Notes: generated from the sequence alone by a model not told the origin. Shown: positions 20,471 to 31,170, numbered from the stretch's first letter. The stretch: DNA of 64,000 bases from Dehalococcoidia bacterium (GCA_965219085.1 OZ244720.1:928001-992000), one strand, 5' to 3'. Program-made: numbers and translations.

Positions 20471-22312
20471 CTAGCGATCGGGAGCGACGGAGTTCGGGTA
20501 GGACAGCATGGTGCGGACGCGGAGCACGTCGTTGGTCGCGCCCCAGTCCGCGAATGCGTCCAGCGACACCTCGGCGCCGAGGGGGCCCGGGATGAGCGCG
20601 TCAGGAGGACCGAACGTGAGCCTCGCGACTGCGTCGCCGCGCAGGTTCGTCACGATCATGGGATCGGGGGCGGCCAGGCCATCCGGATCGGCCGCCGTCC
20701 GCCGCGATGCGCCGTTGATCGCCGCGATCCGCAGGCCGGCGTCCACACCCAGTACGAGGGCGGAGCTATCCGCGAGCTTCAGGATGTCCCGCGCGTTCCA
20801 GGGACTGGCGATGCTCGTGACGTGCACGATCTCCCGCCCCGTGATCGTGTCGAAGGCCACCATGTGCGTGACGCGATTACCGCTGTACCCGGTGTTGTCG
20901 AGCAGCCCTGCGGTAGCGGCGGCGAGCAGCCCTTCGTCCGGGGGATTCCGATCCAGGCTGAGGCCGGCGGACGGGCCGGGCCAGAGACGCCCGCACGAGA
21001 CCGCCTCGTCCGACCTGAGCACGCCGCTCAGGTCGTAGCGGACCACGCGACACGATTCGGAACCGGTATCCGCGACGATCGTGACGAGATCGTCCAGCAA
21101 CTCGATCTGGTACCTGACGTCCTCTGACGGCTCCTGCTCGACCGTCTTCCAGGGCAGGGCCCATGTGTACATCACCGGGCTGGTCTCGTCGTCGAGGTTC
21201 ACGAGGTGGTAGCGGTCCCCCGGCTCACAACCGATGCACTCCCGGATGAGGATGTAACCGCCCGTGGGACCCGCGAAGCGCGCGCCCGGCGGGAGGTCGA
21301 ACTGCGACACGGGCTGCATCGCGCCATCCACCAGCACGAAGGTGTTGGAGTCTTCCGACCGGAAGAGCAGCCGTTCGCCGTCCCCCGATCCCCACCATTG
21401 ATCGAGGTGAGTCGTGCTCGCGTCCCAGGTGTGCGTCTGCCCGCCCTGGCGGTCGTGCAGCGTCTGCGTGCCCGCCTCGTCCGTCCAGAGCACGAAGCGG
21501 TTGCCCGGTGAGACGCGGATGGAGTCCCGGACCGACGCGGCCGGGCCGGGTTCCCCATTGGCGAGGCCCTCGAGTGGGCGCACCCAGCCTTCGACCGCAC
21601 CCGACCGGACATCGAGGAGGAACAACCCCGGGTTCCACGGCACGTCTTCGCCCGGCCCGTACTGAACGTGCGTGAGGCCGACCGCAGCGAGCGCCTCATC
21701 CGCTTCGACCTCGACAATGCCGAGATCGCCGCTGGCCATCGGCGGAGTCGGTGTGGCCATGGCCGCAGGCGTCGCGGTTGGCATGGGCATCGGCACGGGG
21801 GTCGCGATCGCCGTCGGCATCGGCGCGGGGGTCGCGATCGCCGTCGGCATCGGCGCGGGGGTCGCGATCGCCGTCGGCATCGGCGCGGGGGTCGCGATCG
21901 CCGTCGGCACCGGCGCGGGGGTCGCGATCGCCGTCGGCATCGGCGCGGGGGTCGCGATCGCCGTCGGCATCGGCGTGGGGGGCACGGCCGTCTCGGTCGG
22001 CGCCGGCTCAGGTGTGGGCGTCGCGGTTGGCGTGGGCGCGGGCTCGCCCTTCATCCGGGGCGTCGGCTCCGCCACGGGCAGCGCGCCCGGTATGGGGGAC
22101 GCCGAGGATCCGGGCGGGATGCGGCGTGCCAGCGGAAGCGCCCGCGTGGCCGCGGAGTCCCGGACGGCGGTCCCCGCCTGTAGTTCCGAGGCGGATTCGG
22201 GCGCGAGCATGGTCTCGCTCGTCGAAGCGTCGTCGGGCGGCACGAAGCCGTCTGCGCACCCCGCGAGGACCGCGAGCGCTGCGACGGCGCCAACAATCAC
22301 TACCCAACGCAT
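20471..22312 (-). CDS. Lipoprotein with Pro/Thr repeats and a domain homologous to the ectodomain of 15368..17614
   Basis: Lipobox LAGC. LGIVEVEADEALAAVGLTHVQYGPGEDVPWNPGLFLLDVRSGAVEGWV aligns with LGIVEVGVAEALDSAGLTHVRYEAGEEVPWDPGLFLLDVESGAVEGWV. Confidence 0.85.
   Translation of the reverse strand: MRWVVIVGAVAALAVLAGCADGFVPPDDASTSETMLAPESASELQAGTAVRDSAATRALPLARRIPPGSSASPIPGALPVAEPTPRMKGEPAPTPTATPTPEPAPTETAVPPTPMPTAIATPAPMPTAIATPAPVPTAIATPAPMPTAIATPAPMPTAIATPAPMPTAIATPVPMPMPTATPAAMATPTPPMASGDLGIVEVEADEALAAVGLTHVQYGPGEDVPWNPGLFLLDVRSGAVEGWVRPLEGLANGEPGPAASVRDSIRVSPGNRFVLWTDEAGTQTLHDRQGGQTHTWDASTTHLDQWWGSGDGERLLFRSEDSNTFVLVDGAMQPVSQFDLPPGARFAGPTGGYILIRECIGCEPGDRYHLVNLDDETSPVMYTWALPWKTVEQEPSEDVRYQIELLDDLVTIVADTGSESCRVVRYDLSGVLRSDEAVSCGRLWPGPSAGLSLDRNPPDEGLLAAATAGLLDNTGYSGNRVTHMVAFDTITGREIVHVTSIASPWNARDILKLADSSALVLGVDAGLRIAAINGASRRTAADPDGLAAPDPMIVTNLRGDAVARLTFGPPDALIPGPLGAEVSLDAFADWGATNDVLRVRTMLSYPNSVAPDR
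21801..21980. repeat. 30-bp coding tandem repeat x6 (PAPMPTAIAT)
   Basis: GTCGCGATCGCCGTCGGCATCGGCGCGGGG repeated six times almost perfectly. Confidence 0.95.
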
Positions 22313-22389
22313 AGCGGGATTATGGCATGCGCTCCGGGTTGGCGCTCAGAGACGGCTTGGGGTTGCCCGGCGAACGCGCGAGGAGCCGC

Positions 22390-22653
22390 TCACTCCTCGA
22401 GCCGCACGCCGTCGGAGTGCCAGCGCAGGTAGTCAGCGCTCGCCCACCCCTCGAGGCCGTCGTCGGTGCGGAGGTGCATCCACCCAGACGGCCAGCGAGG
22501 CTCGAAATCGTCAGTTTCGACGATGGCGCCGTTCGGGAGGCAGGTTCGGATCGCAGCTTCGCGCCTCGCGTCTTCTCGCAGGTTCAAGCACGTCCCAACG
22601 ACCACCTCGACGAGCAGCCGGTCCTTGAACGGCGGCCGCCCGATGACCGGGCG
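22390..22653 (-). pseudogene. Orphan C-terminal SH3-like fragment homologous to the end of 15368..17614
   Basis: RPVIGRPPFKDRLLVEVVVGTCLNLRE...ADYLRWHSDGVRLEE* vs RPVIERPPFEDRLLVEVDVGTCLNLRQ...ADYLRWHSDGVRLEE*; homology stops abruptly upstream. Confidence 0.8.
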
Positions 22654-22785
22654 GGTGCGGGCATCGGCCCGCCGGGATTCGGCGCGACCGCCGCGTGGGG
22701 CGGCTCGCGGCTGCCGACCCCAACACGCCTACTCGGTCGCGCTCGCCCAGCACCCACGCACCGACCACGATGCTCCGGCAGAGCG

Positions 22786-23628
22786 CTATGAGACCTCGAT
22801 CGCCAGGCGGCGGTGGTCGCTGGGGCCCCACTGCGCCGGCTCGTTGAGTGCACGCACGCTTACGGAATCGGCCAGCCCTCTGGAGGCGAAGACAAAGTCG
22901 AGCTGGCGGGTTGCGGCAGCGGGCGTCTTCTGTTGGGCCGAGTAGTAGGTGGGGACGTTCGTGCTTCCACGGGGAAGCTCATCGGGCCATGGGTCCGCCT
23001 GCCGTCCTTGAGAGTGCTGCGGGCCGACGAAAGGCAGCCCCAGCGCCTCCATCCTGTCGAACACGGTCCCGTAACGCGCGGCCCAGTATTCGCTTCCGTG
23101 CTCACCGTGGCCGTGGAGGATATTGAGGTCCCCGGCAGCCAGGATGCGGTGACCATGCTGGCACCCGATGAATGCGGACAGGTCGGAGACGACACGGTGG
23201 GCCGAGGCATCCGAGACAATCCAGCTGCTGCCCGTGGATGCGTGGGGCCTCGCCCAGAGCGAGTACATGGAGACCACGACGAACGGCTCGACATCGGGCG
23301 GCGTCACGACTGCGGCGGTCAGTGAGCCCGGTCGACTGACGGCGAACTCCCGCGAATGTGCATCCTCGAGCGACTTCGCCTCGATCCACTCCACGCTGAC
23401 GCGATCCGAGAGCCTGGCGATTGCCGTCCGCCATGGCCGTTGGCCATCCGCCCCGGCGGTACGCCAGGGAGCGGGATCCACTTCGATGCTCCCTGCAATG
23501 TCCAGAGGTGGCGCGCTCGCCTCCTGCAACAGTGCGATGTCCGCGTCCATGCCGTTCAGGATGCGCCAAGGCTCAATCGAGCCGGCGATGTTCCAGGAGA
23601 CTATGTTCACGGACAGTGGACAGCCCAC
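22786..23628 (-). CDS. Endonuclease/exonuclease/phosphatase family protein
   Basis: IVSWNI, DIALLQE, AAGDLN, QLDFVF, SDH; exact start uncertain. Confidence 0.85.
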   Translation of the reverse strand: MGCPLSVNIVSWNIAGSIEPWRILNGMDADIALLQEASAPPLDIAGSIEVDPAPWRTAGADGQRPWRTAIARLSDRVSVEWIEAKSLEDAHSREFAVSRPGSLTAAVVTPPDVEPFVVVSMYSLWARPHASTGSSWIVSDASAHRVVSDLSAFIGCQHGHRILAAGDLNILHGHGEHGSEYWAARYGTVFDRMEALGLPFVGPQHSQGRQADPWPDELPRGSTNVPTYYSAQQKTPAAATRQLDFVFASRGLADSVSVRALNEPAQWGPSDHRRLAIEVS

Positions 23629-23758
23629 CCCTCCAGCCTGGTGCTGTGGACTCCCTTTTTATGTCCCGCCCAGCCCGGACCAGCCTCACGCAGCCAGTAT
23701 GCACCGCGGGCGCCCTGCCCAGGCGCCCGCGGTGGTTCTTGCCGGCGTTGGCGAGCTA

Positions 23759-26700
23759 CTACTCCGTGGCGAGCACCCGGTATAGCGAGGTCAGGCGGCG
23801 CGGGAGGGACTCGATGTCCGAGACCACCTCGTAGCCGATGTCGTCGCACATGTCCTTCAGGTAGTCGTGCCCCTCCTTGTCGACCGTGATCAGGAAGGGC
23901 GTCACGCCGATCTGCTTGGCCTCGACGAGCGCCTGGTGCGTGTCGTGCACCGCGTACTCCTTCTCCGTGCGGTCGCGCCCGTACCCGTGGTCCTGCGGGC
24001 GGCCGTCGGAGACGAGGATCAGCAGCTTTATCTTCGCGTCGTACGCGTCCAGCTTCGCCACCGTGTGGCGGATCGCCGGGCCCATGCGCGTCGATCGGAT
24101 CGGCGTGATCTTGTCGATGCGCCGACGCGTGCGGTCGCCGAACATCTCGTTGAGGTCCTTGATCACGTGGAACTCGACGTTGTCGCGGCCGTAGCCGGAG
24201 AAGCCGTAGATGCCGTACGTGTCGCCGATCGCCTCGAGCGCCTCGACGATCAGCACCAGCGACTCCTTCTCGAGGTCGATGATGCGCTTCGGCGGTGCGG
24301 CCGTGAACCGCGCGCGGCGCTGCGTCAGCCACTGGAAGTACTTGCGCGGGTCGTCGTCGAAGTCGTCGTCGGACGGTTGGTAGTTCGACTGCGTCTTCTC
24401 GATCTCCTCGTCGGTCGACGCCGACATGTCGAGGAGGAAGGCGACGGCCACGTCGCGCTCCACCTTGTTGCGCCTCCAGTAGACACGGCCAAGCGGGCCG
24501 ACGCCGGCGCGCTTGTCGATGATGAACTCGATGGCCTGGTCGAGGTCGACGTCCTCGCCGTCCTCGAGGCGCTTGATCCGGCGGAAGTGCTCCGGGCGCA
24601 GCAGCTCGAACTGGCGGCGGGTCTCGGTGACGAGCCCGTGGTGCGTCTTGAGCGTCTCCTCGTAGTAGTCGAGCTCGCCCTCCTCGGAGGGGCGCTCGCC
24701 GACACGGCACCAGCGCGGGCGGTAGTCGCCGGCGCGGAAGTCCCACTCGTCGTAGTACGTCCAGTTGACCTCGATCGGCAGTTCCGAAGAGCCCGATCCG
24801 CTCGACGAGTCGCCGGCGTCCGCGTCGTCGGGGGTCTGGCCGGGCGGGCCCTGTTTGGCGTCCAGCCCCTCGCGCTCGAGGTTGGTGAGGAACATGCCCA
24901 TCGAGGACGCGATGTCGCCCTCGGCGATGTCGGAGATGACGATCTCGACGGACTTCTCGAGCAGCGCTTCGAGTTGCTCCTGGGTGAGCTGGCCGCCCAT
25001 GGGCTCCTCGCCCTCGGACTGCTGCTTGAGCTTCATCATCAGCTGGACGATCTCGGGCTTGAAGTCGCCGCGAAACTCCGGCTGCTCGGGGGCCGAGAAG
25101 TCGGCCTCCTCGCCGGACGGCATCTCCGGGCCGTCGGCGCCGCCGGCCTCGGCGGTGAACTGGAGCATGTCCTCGTCGATCTCGTCCCAGTCGATCTCGG
25201 CGTAGGCGCCGGCGATGTTGGGGATGCTCTCGACGATCGTGTAGATCGTCGCGGCCACCTCGGCCGAGTCCTGCACGTCCGCACCGCGCTCATCGACGAT
25301 CTTGAGCTCGTCGATGCCGCGCGCCATCAGCGGCATGAGGTCGCGCGGCCAGCGCATGGTCTGCGGCTGCTTCAGCGAGGCGCGCAGCAGGTTCTCGAGG
25401 TACGCCTCGCGCAGCGCCATGCGCGAGATGTTGGTGCGGTTCGCCGCCTCGTGCGCCTGGAGGGCGCGCAGTGGCGGCCGGATCCCCCCGTACTCGCGGG
25501 TGATGTGCGCGTCGACGCGCGCGTCCTCGACGATCGTGAACAGGCCGGAGATGAGCTCGCGGTCCTCAAACAGGTCGAAGTAGCGCTCCATCGGCGTCGT
25601 GACGGCAACGGCCTCGTGGCCGTTGCTGGACAGCTTCGTCTCCTCACGCTCGATGAGCGTCGGGGCGGTGTGCGCGCCCACCGCCTCGAAATCGAACAGG
25701 AACGACCCGAACTCCATGCGCCCGCTCTGGTGCGTGGCGTAGACCTTGTAGCTCAGGAAGTTCTGGCGCTGCTCGTTGAAGGTGCTGACGTACGGCGGGA
25801 GGTAGATCGCCGAGCCCTCGGTCGTCGCGACGGTCTCCTGCACCCACCCGATCCCCGCGTCGACGAGGTCCTCGGTGGAGCGGATCGCGATCTGCTCGCC
25901 GGTGAGCGCCTTCGCGTAGAGGCGCAGGGTGTTGCTGACGTTGCGCAGCTCGATGCGGGCGGAGAGCGTCTCCAGCATCTCCTCGGCGCGCTGCGACTCG
26001 AGGCGGAAGTAGGCTTCCGCGCCCTCGACGTTGCCCTGCTCGAACAGCAGCTCCCAGCCGCCCTGCAGCCAGCGCTCCAGCTGGTCCGCGGTCAGGCGCG
26101 TCAGCACCGTCGGCGAGGAGCGCAGGAACGCCATCGCCGCCGCCGGGCTGCCGGCCGCGAGCCGGCGGGCGAGGTCGATCAGCGTCTCGTGGTACGTCGG
26201 CTCGACCGACGCGAGTGATTCGGCGGCCTCGATGAACAACGGGTAGCCCTGCCGCCCCACCTTCTCGGTGACCTCCGCGGCAAGCTGCAGGAACGCGGCG
26301 CGCTCGTCGCGGTCGATGTTGGCGATCAGCGCCGGGCCGCGCTCGAAGTAGAGGCGCGTGTCGGCCCAAGAGGCCTGCGCGACCGCCGCGGCGAACTCCA
26401 GGAACGGCCGCCGGTCCGGCGGCGCGAGGTCCCCGAACAGCTCGCCGGAGCGCTCGAGGCAGCTCGCGGCCAGCTGGTAGGAGCGGTCCGAGAGCCGGTC
26501 GACGACGTCGATCAGGTCGCTGACGGCATCGAGCGGAAGCGCGTGCAGCAGCTGCGGGCTCTGCTCGAAGAAGGATGCGGCGAGGGCGACGGACTTCCAG
26601 TTGCCGTGCGCCAGGCGCTTGCCGAGCGCGGCCCACGGGCGGACCTGCTCTCCGGGGCGGCCGATCCACTCGCCCATGATGCCGAGGTCGCTGGTGTCGG

Positions 26701-27049
26701 CGCCCTGTAGCGGCTGGAGCACCTCCGGCGTCGCGCGCACGAAGGCGGCAGCGATCATCGACGAGCTTTCGGCGAGGTCGAGCGCGACCGCCTGCCAGTC
26801 CAGCAGTTCCTCGAACGAGAACGCTGGGAAGAGCCGTGGCGAGACCCGGAAGTACTCGCCCGCGGCCTCCCATGAGCGCAGCGAGTGGCGCGCAAGCGCC
26901 ACGCCCGCGGCGGCCCAGCGGTCCAGGTCTTCCTCGCTCAGCCGTCGCTCCAGGGAGCGGGCTCCCCCGGCGAGGTCGTCGGGGAGCGAGGGTCCGAACC
27001 CTCGCAGTTCGTCCGCGTAACGGATCATGACATCGTCGGCTGTGCTCAT
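23759..27049 (-). CDS. Large NorD/CbbO-like VWA-domain protein (1096 aa) with helical-repeat N-terminus
   Basis: YDEWDFRAGDYRPRWC, EDGEDVDLD, MIDAS LDMSAST, TRMGPAIRH, SDGRPQD. Confidence 0.88.
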   Translation of the reverse strand: MSTADDVMIRYADELRGFGPSLPDDLAGGARSLERRLSEEDLDRWAAAGVALARHSLRSWEAAGEYFRVSPRLFPAFSFEELLDWQAVALDLAESSSMIAAAFVRATPEVLQPLQGADTSDLGIMGEWIGRPGEQVRPWAALGKRLAHGNWKSVALAASFFEQSPQLLHALPLDAVSDLIDVVDRLSDRSYQLAASCLERSGELFGDLAPPDRRPFLEFAAAVAQASWADTRLYFERGPALIANIDRDERAAFLQLAAEVTEKVGRQGYPLFIEAAESLASVEPTYHETLIDLARRLAAGSPAAAMAFLRSSPTVLTRLTADQLERWLQGGWELLFEQGNVEGAEAYFRLESQRAEEMLETLSARIELRNVSNTLRLYAKALTGEQIAIRSTEDLVDAGIGWVQETVATTEGSAIYLPPYVSTFNEQRQNFLSYKVYATHQSGRMEFGSFLFDFEAVGAHTAPTLIEREETKLSSNGHEAVAVTTPMERYFDLFEDRELISGLFTIVEDARVDAHITREYGGIRPPLRALQAHEAANRTNISRMALREAYLENLLRASLKQPQTMRWPRDLMPLMARGIDELKIVDERGADVQDSAEVAATIYTIVESIPNIAGAYAEIDWDEIDEDMLQFTAEAGGADGPEMPSGEEADFSAPEQPEFRGDFKPEIVQLMMKLKQQSEGEEPMGGQLTQEQLEALLEKSVEIVISDIAEGDIASSMGMFLTNLEREGLDAKQGPPGQTPDDADAGDSSSGSGSSELPIEVNWTYYDEWDFRAGDYRPRWCRVGERPSEEGELDYYEETLKTHHGLVTETRRQFELLRPEHFRRIKRLEDGEDVDLDQAIEFIIDKRAGVGPLGRVYWRRNKVERDVAVAFLLDMSASTDEEIEKTQSNYQPSDDDFDDDPRKYFQWLTQRRARFTAAPPKRIIDLEKESLVLIVEALEAIGDTYGIYGFSGYGRDNVEFHVIKDLNEMFGDRTRRRIDKITPIRSTRMGPAIRHTVAKLDAYDAKIKLLILVSDGRPQDHGYGRDRTEKEYAVHDTHQALVEAKQIGVTPFLITVDKEGHDYLKDMCDDIGYEVVSDIESLPRRLTSLYRVLATE

Positions 27050-27059
27050 CTGAGTGTTC

Positions 27060-27713
27060 CTACTGGTGGCGGCCCAGGGGGTCGCCTCGCTGTGTGTTGC
27101 CCGCCTGGGCGGGCTGGGGGGCCACAGGCCGCGAGGGGTCGTCGAACAACTCCATCGTGACCTCGCCGCTCTGGGTGTCGAGTATGGCGTACGAGACGCG
27201 GAACCCGTTGCGCGGGTTGCGGGGCTCCCCGGTCGAGCCTGGGTTGATCACCAGCGTGCTGTTCACGCGGTGCACCAGCTCGTAGTGCGTGTGGCCGTAG
27301 ACCACGTAGTCCGCGCCGAGTTCGCCGAACTCCCGCATGCGCGGGCTGGTGTCGTAGATGTAGTCGTACGGCCCCTCGTTCGGCGTGGCGTGGAACATCG
27401 TGAGCTTCTTCCCGCCCAGCTCCGTGTCGATGCGCCGCGGCTGCTGGCCGAGCCAGCGCAGCAGCTCCGGATCCGTATCGCGGTGCGAGCGCACGCGCTC
27501 GCCCTGCGGGCCCAGCACCACCTCGTCGTGGTTGCCGAGCACGACGCGGGCCCCGATGTCCCGCAGCGTGCGGATCACCGCGTTCGAGAAGCGGAACTGG
27601 AAGATCGCGTCGCCCGCGCACAGCACCTCGTCGACCTGGCTGCCCATGCGCTCCAGCGCGATGTCGAGGGCGGCCGCATTGCAGTGAATGTCCGAAATCA
27701 GACCGAGGCGCAA
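27060..27713 (-). CDS. Metallophosphoesterase family protein
   Basis: ISDIH.N, CAGD, GNHD, GHTH, NPGS.G.PR; TTG start. Confidence 0.85.
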   Translation of the reverse strand: MRLGLISDIHCNAAALDIALERMGSQVDEVLCAGDAIFQFRFSNAVIRTLRDIGARVVLGNHDEVVLGPQGERVRSHRDTDPELLRWLGQQPRRIDTELGGKKLTMFHATPNEGPYDYIYDTSPRMREFGELGADYVVYGHTHYELVHRVNSTLVINPGSTGEPRNPRNGFRVSYAILDTQSGEVTMELFDDPSRPVAPQPAQAGNTQRGDPLGRHQ

Positions 27714-27725
27714 CGCACGCGCTGC

Positions 27726-28607
27726 CTATTCCGGGAAGATCGAGGTCACGACCTCCTCGATCGAGCGCTGCACTTCGGTGTCGTCCGTCAGGCCCCACAC
27801 GACGGCCGTCTGGCAGGCCCGCAGTGGCTGGATGCCGCGCGCGATCAGCTGCCCGGCGTAGACCAGGAGGCGCGTCGAGACGCCCTCGCCCAGGCCGTGC
27901 TCCTTGAGGTTGCGGACCTTCTCGCCCAGCTTCGCCAGTTCCAGCGCATCCTCGGGAGTGCAGCCGGACTCGTTGCGGATGATCTCCGCCTCCTTGTCGC
28001 GCGGCGGGTAGTCGAACTCGATGGCGATGAAGCGCTGGCGCGTCGAGTGCTTGAGGTCCTTGAGCGCGGACTGGTAGCCCGGGTTGTAGGACAGCACCAG
28101 CAGGAAGCCCTCGGCCGCCTCCAGCAGCTCGCCGCGCTTGTCTATGGGCAGCAGGCGCCGGTAGTCGGTGAGGGGGTGGATCAGGACGGTCGTGTCCTTG
28201 CGCGCCTCGACGATCTCGTCGAGGTAGCAGATCGCCCCGTACTTCACGGCGCGGGTGATCGGTCCGTCGATCCAGACCGTGTCGTCACCTTCGAGGAGGT
28301 AGCGGCCGACGAGGTCGGATGCGCTCAGGTCCTCGTGGCAGGCGACGGTGATGAGGGGGACGCCCTGCGTCTCATCGCCCAGGTGCTGGTGGAGCCGCCA
28401 CGACATGTACTCGACGAAGCGCGTCTTGCCGCAGCCCGTCGGGCCCTTGAGCAGGACCGGAATCTGCTCCTCGTAGGCGGTCTCGAAGAGCTTCACCTCG
28501 TCCTCAATGGCAAGGTAGAACGGCTCCTCGGTGAGCCGGAACTCCTGGACATCGATCGCCCTGTATTCGGAGCGGCTGTCGCTCTCCGCAGTTCTGGTAG
28601 TCACCAT
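27726..28607 (-). CDS. CbbQ/NirQ/NorQ-family AAA+ ATPase
   Basis: [61 protein letters not shown]; ATG overlaps the coaE stop (TAATG). Confidence 0.93.
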   Translation of the reverse strand: MVTTRTAESDSRSEYRAIDVQEFRLTEEPFYLAIEDEVKLFETAYEEQIPVLLKGPTGCGKTRFVEYMSWRLHQHLGDETQGVPLITVACHEDLSASDLVGRYLLEGDDTVWIDGPITRAVKYGAICYLDEIVEARKDTTVLIHPLTDYRRLLPIDKRGELLEAAEGFLLVLSYNPGYQSALKDLKHSTRQRFIAIEFDYPPRDKEAEIIRNESGCTPEDALELAKLGEKVRNLKEHGLGEGVSTRLLVYAGQLIARGIQPLRACQTAVVWGLTDDTEVQRSIEEVVTSIFPE

Positions 28608-29227
28608 TAGCTTCCGCTTTCGCTGCTGATGCGATCCTGGAGGTTCTGCCACTCACCGTCGATGCCGGCGAGGAACTGATCGAGCGTACCGCCGTTCGCG
28701 ATGTCGACGTCGGCGTGGCCCAGGCGTTCCTCGTTGGTGATCTGTGAGTCGATGCGCGCCTGTGCCGCGTCGGCGTCCAGGTTGTTGCGGTCCATGAGGC
28801 GCTTCTTCGCGACATCGGGATCCACGTGCACAACCCACACCTCGTCGGCGAGGTCCTGCCACTCAGCCTCGATCAGCACCGCGGCCTCGAGCACGATCAC
28901 CGTCTGGGGTTCGCCCTCGCGCAACTCGCTGATCTCGGCCGTTGCGAACTGGCGGATGACCGGCCAGACGATGTCGGTGAGGCGCTTCAGCTGGTCGGGA
29001 GCGCCGAAGACCTTGCCGCCGAGGATCCGGCGGTCGATCTCACCGTCCTCGCCGACAATGTCGTGTCCGAACTCGTTGACGACGGCGTGGAAGCCCTCGG
29101 AGTCCTTGTCGTAGGCGCGGTGGCCGTAGCGGTCGGCGTCGAGCACGATGGCGCCCAACTCCTTGAGCCGTTCGGCAGCAGTGGACTTGCCGGAGGCGAT
29201 CCCTCCAGTCAGACCGAGGACTCTCAT
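28607..29227 (-). CDS. coaE: Dephospho-CoA kinase
   Basis: [42 protein letters not shown]. Confidence 0.9.
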   Translation of the reverse strand: MRVLGLTGGIASGKSTAAERLKELGAIVLDADRYGHRAYDKDSEGFHAVVNEFGHDIVGEDGEIDRRILGGKVFGAPDQLKRLTDIVWPVIRQFATAEISELREGEPQTVIVLEAAVLIEAEWQDLADEVWVVHVDPDVAKKRLMDRNNLDADAAQARIDSQITNEERLGHADVDIANGGTLDQFLAGIDGEWQNLQDRISSESGS

Positions 29228-29371
29228 GATGACTCCTGCGAGGTGGCCGGCGCGCCGCGTTCCCCTGCACGCATTGGACGCCGAAAGCCAATGTTAGGTT
29301 CGCCCCGAGGGGCACGCAAGATGGCTCCGTGCGGGGCACGGCGCCGTCTTGCGCAGATGGGGCCGCCAGGC

Positions 29372-30346
29372 CTAGTCGAGGGCGTTGACGGCCTCGATCA
29401 GTGCGGGCACCACTTCCTTGTAGTCGCCCACGATGCCGTAGCGGGCGGCCTTGAAGATGTTCGCCTCCCGGTCGCGGTTGATGGCGACGATCGTCTTCGA
29501 ACCGCTGCAGCCGGCCATGTGCTGGCTGGCGCCGGAGATCGCGATCGCCACGTACAGGTCCGGCGTCACGACCTTGCCGGTCAGACCAACCTGCTGCGAC
29601 GGCGGGTACCAACCGAGGTCCACCGCGGCGCGCGAGGAGCCGACGGCGGCCTTGTCGGTGCCGATCGCCGCGGCCAGTTCCTCGACGACCTCGAAGCCCT
29701 CGGGAGCGCCGAGCCCACGGCCGCCCGACACGACGATCGGGGCGTCCTGGATCTGCAGGCCCGAGGCGACCGCGGCCTCGCGGCCGACGATGGCGCTGCG
29801 GCTGTCGCTCGCACCGGACAGCTCGACGGTCGCGCCACCGCCGTCGTGCGGCGTCGCGAGCGGGTCCTGCGACTTCGCGCGGACGGTCGCGACCGCGGGC
29901 GAGGTAGCGAAGCTGTAGGTGGCCTGCGCGCTGCCGCCGTAGCAGGAGCGCGTGGCCTTCAGCTCACCGCCGTCGTCGACCACGGACACGCAGTCCATGG
30001 CCACCGCGGTGTCGTTGCGGAACGCGAGCCGCGGACCGAGGTCGCGGCCGGCCATCGACTGGGCGATGAAGACCGCGTCCGGCGGGGCCTGGCCCATGGC
30101 TTCCTCGATCGCCGCGACCCACTGGTCGGAGCGGAAGTCGTCGTAATCGGCGTCGGAGCTCACGTACGCGCTGTCGGCGCCGGCCGCGTGGGCCGCACCG
30201 GCGGCGTCGCCCGCGCCGCTGCCGAGCAGCGTCACGCTGACCTGCCCGCCGTCGACGAGCCTCGTGCCCAGCGCAAGCAGTTCGCCGGTGGTGCTGGAGA
30301 GTTTGCCGCCCTCCAGCTCGCCGACTACCAGAATGTTGCGTGCCAT
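29372..30346 (-). CDS. etfA: Electron transfer flavoprotein alpha subunit
   Basis: VSGGRGLG, SRAAVD.GW, QVGLTGKVV.P.LY.A..ISGASQHMAG, AINRD.EANIF. Confidence 0.95.
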   Translation of the reverse strand: MARNILVVGELEGGKLSSTTGELLALGTRLVDGGQVSVTLLGSGAGDAAGAAHAAGADSAYVSSDADYDDFRSDQWVAAIEEAMGQAPPDAVFIAQSMAGRDLGPRLAFRNDTAVAMDCVSVVDDGGELKATRSCYGGSAQATYSFATSPAVATVRAKSQDPLATPHDGGGATVELSGASDSRSAIVGREAAVASGLQIQDAPIVVSGGRGLGAPEGFEVVEELAAAIGTDKAAVGSSRAAVDLGWYPPSQQVGLTGKVVTPDLYVAIAISGASQHMAGCSGSKTIVAINRDREANIFKAARYGIVGDYKEVVPALIEAVNALD

Positions 30347-30366
30347 GTTCGGTCGTTCTCCCTCGC

Positions 30367-31170
30367 CTACAGGATCTTGGCGTCGCGCAGGGCGGCGGCC
30401 AGCGCCTGCGCCTGCTCCTGGGCGGTCTCGCCCTCCATGATTTCGACTTCACCCTCGACGACCGGGATGAACAGCCGCTCGAGCTTCAGGCGCGCGCCGG
30501 CGTCACCGACGGTGGACGGGTCGAGCCCGAGCTCATCGGCGCTGAGGCGCGTCACGGTCTTGCGTGCTGCCTGCATGATCTGCTGCAGCTTCGGGTAGCG
30601 CGGGTCGCCGATCTCGTTGGAGATGGTGACCACGGCCGGCAGCGGCATCGAGACGGTCTCGAACCCGTCGGCGACGACGCGCTCGACGACGATGCTGCCG
30701 TCGTCGACCTTCACGTCCTTGCCGATGATGGCCGAGGGCCAGCCCAGCAGCTCGGCGATGCCGAGGCCGACCTGCCCCATGTCCCAGTCGGCGGCCTGGC
30801 GGCCGCAGAACACTGCGTCCACGTCGCCGAGGTGCTCAATGGCCGCGACGAGCGTGCGCGCCGTGGTGTAGGAGTCGCCGCCCTGCAGGACCTCGTCCTC
30901 CAGCAGGATGCCCTCGTCGGCGCCCATGGCGAGCACCTGCTTGATGGCGGCCTGGGCGCTCTCCTGGCCGAGCGAGATCACGGTGATCTTGCCGTCGCCG
31001 GCAGCCTCGACGATGCGCAGCGCCGCCTCGGCGGCCATGCCGTCGAACTGGCTCAGCACCGGCGGGATGCCCTGCGCCGGGATCACCTCGTTGTTGGCTT
31101 CATCGACGCGGAACGCCGCGGGCGGCGTCTCCGGGTCCGGGATCTGCTTCGCGCAGACGACGAGATGCAT
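30367..31170 (-). CDS. etfB: Electron transfer flavoprotein beta subunit
   Basis: VCAKQIPD, LAMGAD, CGRQAAD.D.GQVG, LPAVVT, PRYP. Confidence 0.95.
   Translation of the reverse strand: MHLVVCAKQIPDPETPPAAFRVDEANNEVIPAQGIPPVLSQFDGMAAEAALRIVEAAGDGKITVISLGQESAQAAIKQVLAMGADEGILLEDEVLQGGDSYTTARTLVAAIEHLGDVDAVFCGRQAADWDMGQVGLGIAELLGWPSAIIGKDVKVDDGSIVVERVVADGFETVSMPLPAVVTISNEIGDPRYPKLQQIMQAARKTVTRLSADELGLDPSTVGDAGARLKLERLFIPVVEGEVEIMEGETAQEQAQALAAALRDAKIL

Noticed and set aside
10384-22653. Diversity-generating retroelement or shufflon driving the ectodomain variation
   Set aside because: No reverse transcriptase or recombinase in the window, and differences between the SH3 copies include indels and are not adenine-specific.
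23759-28607. Denitrification (norQD) or carbon fixation (cbbQO) locus
   Set aside because: No norBC, nirS or rbcL in the window; family membership alone does not define the pathway.
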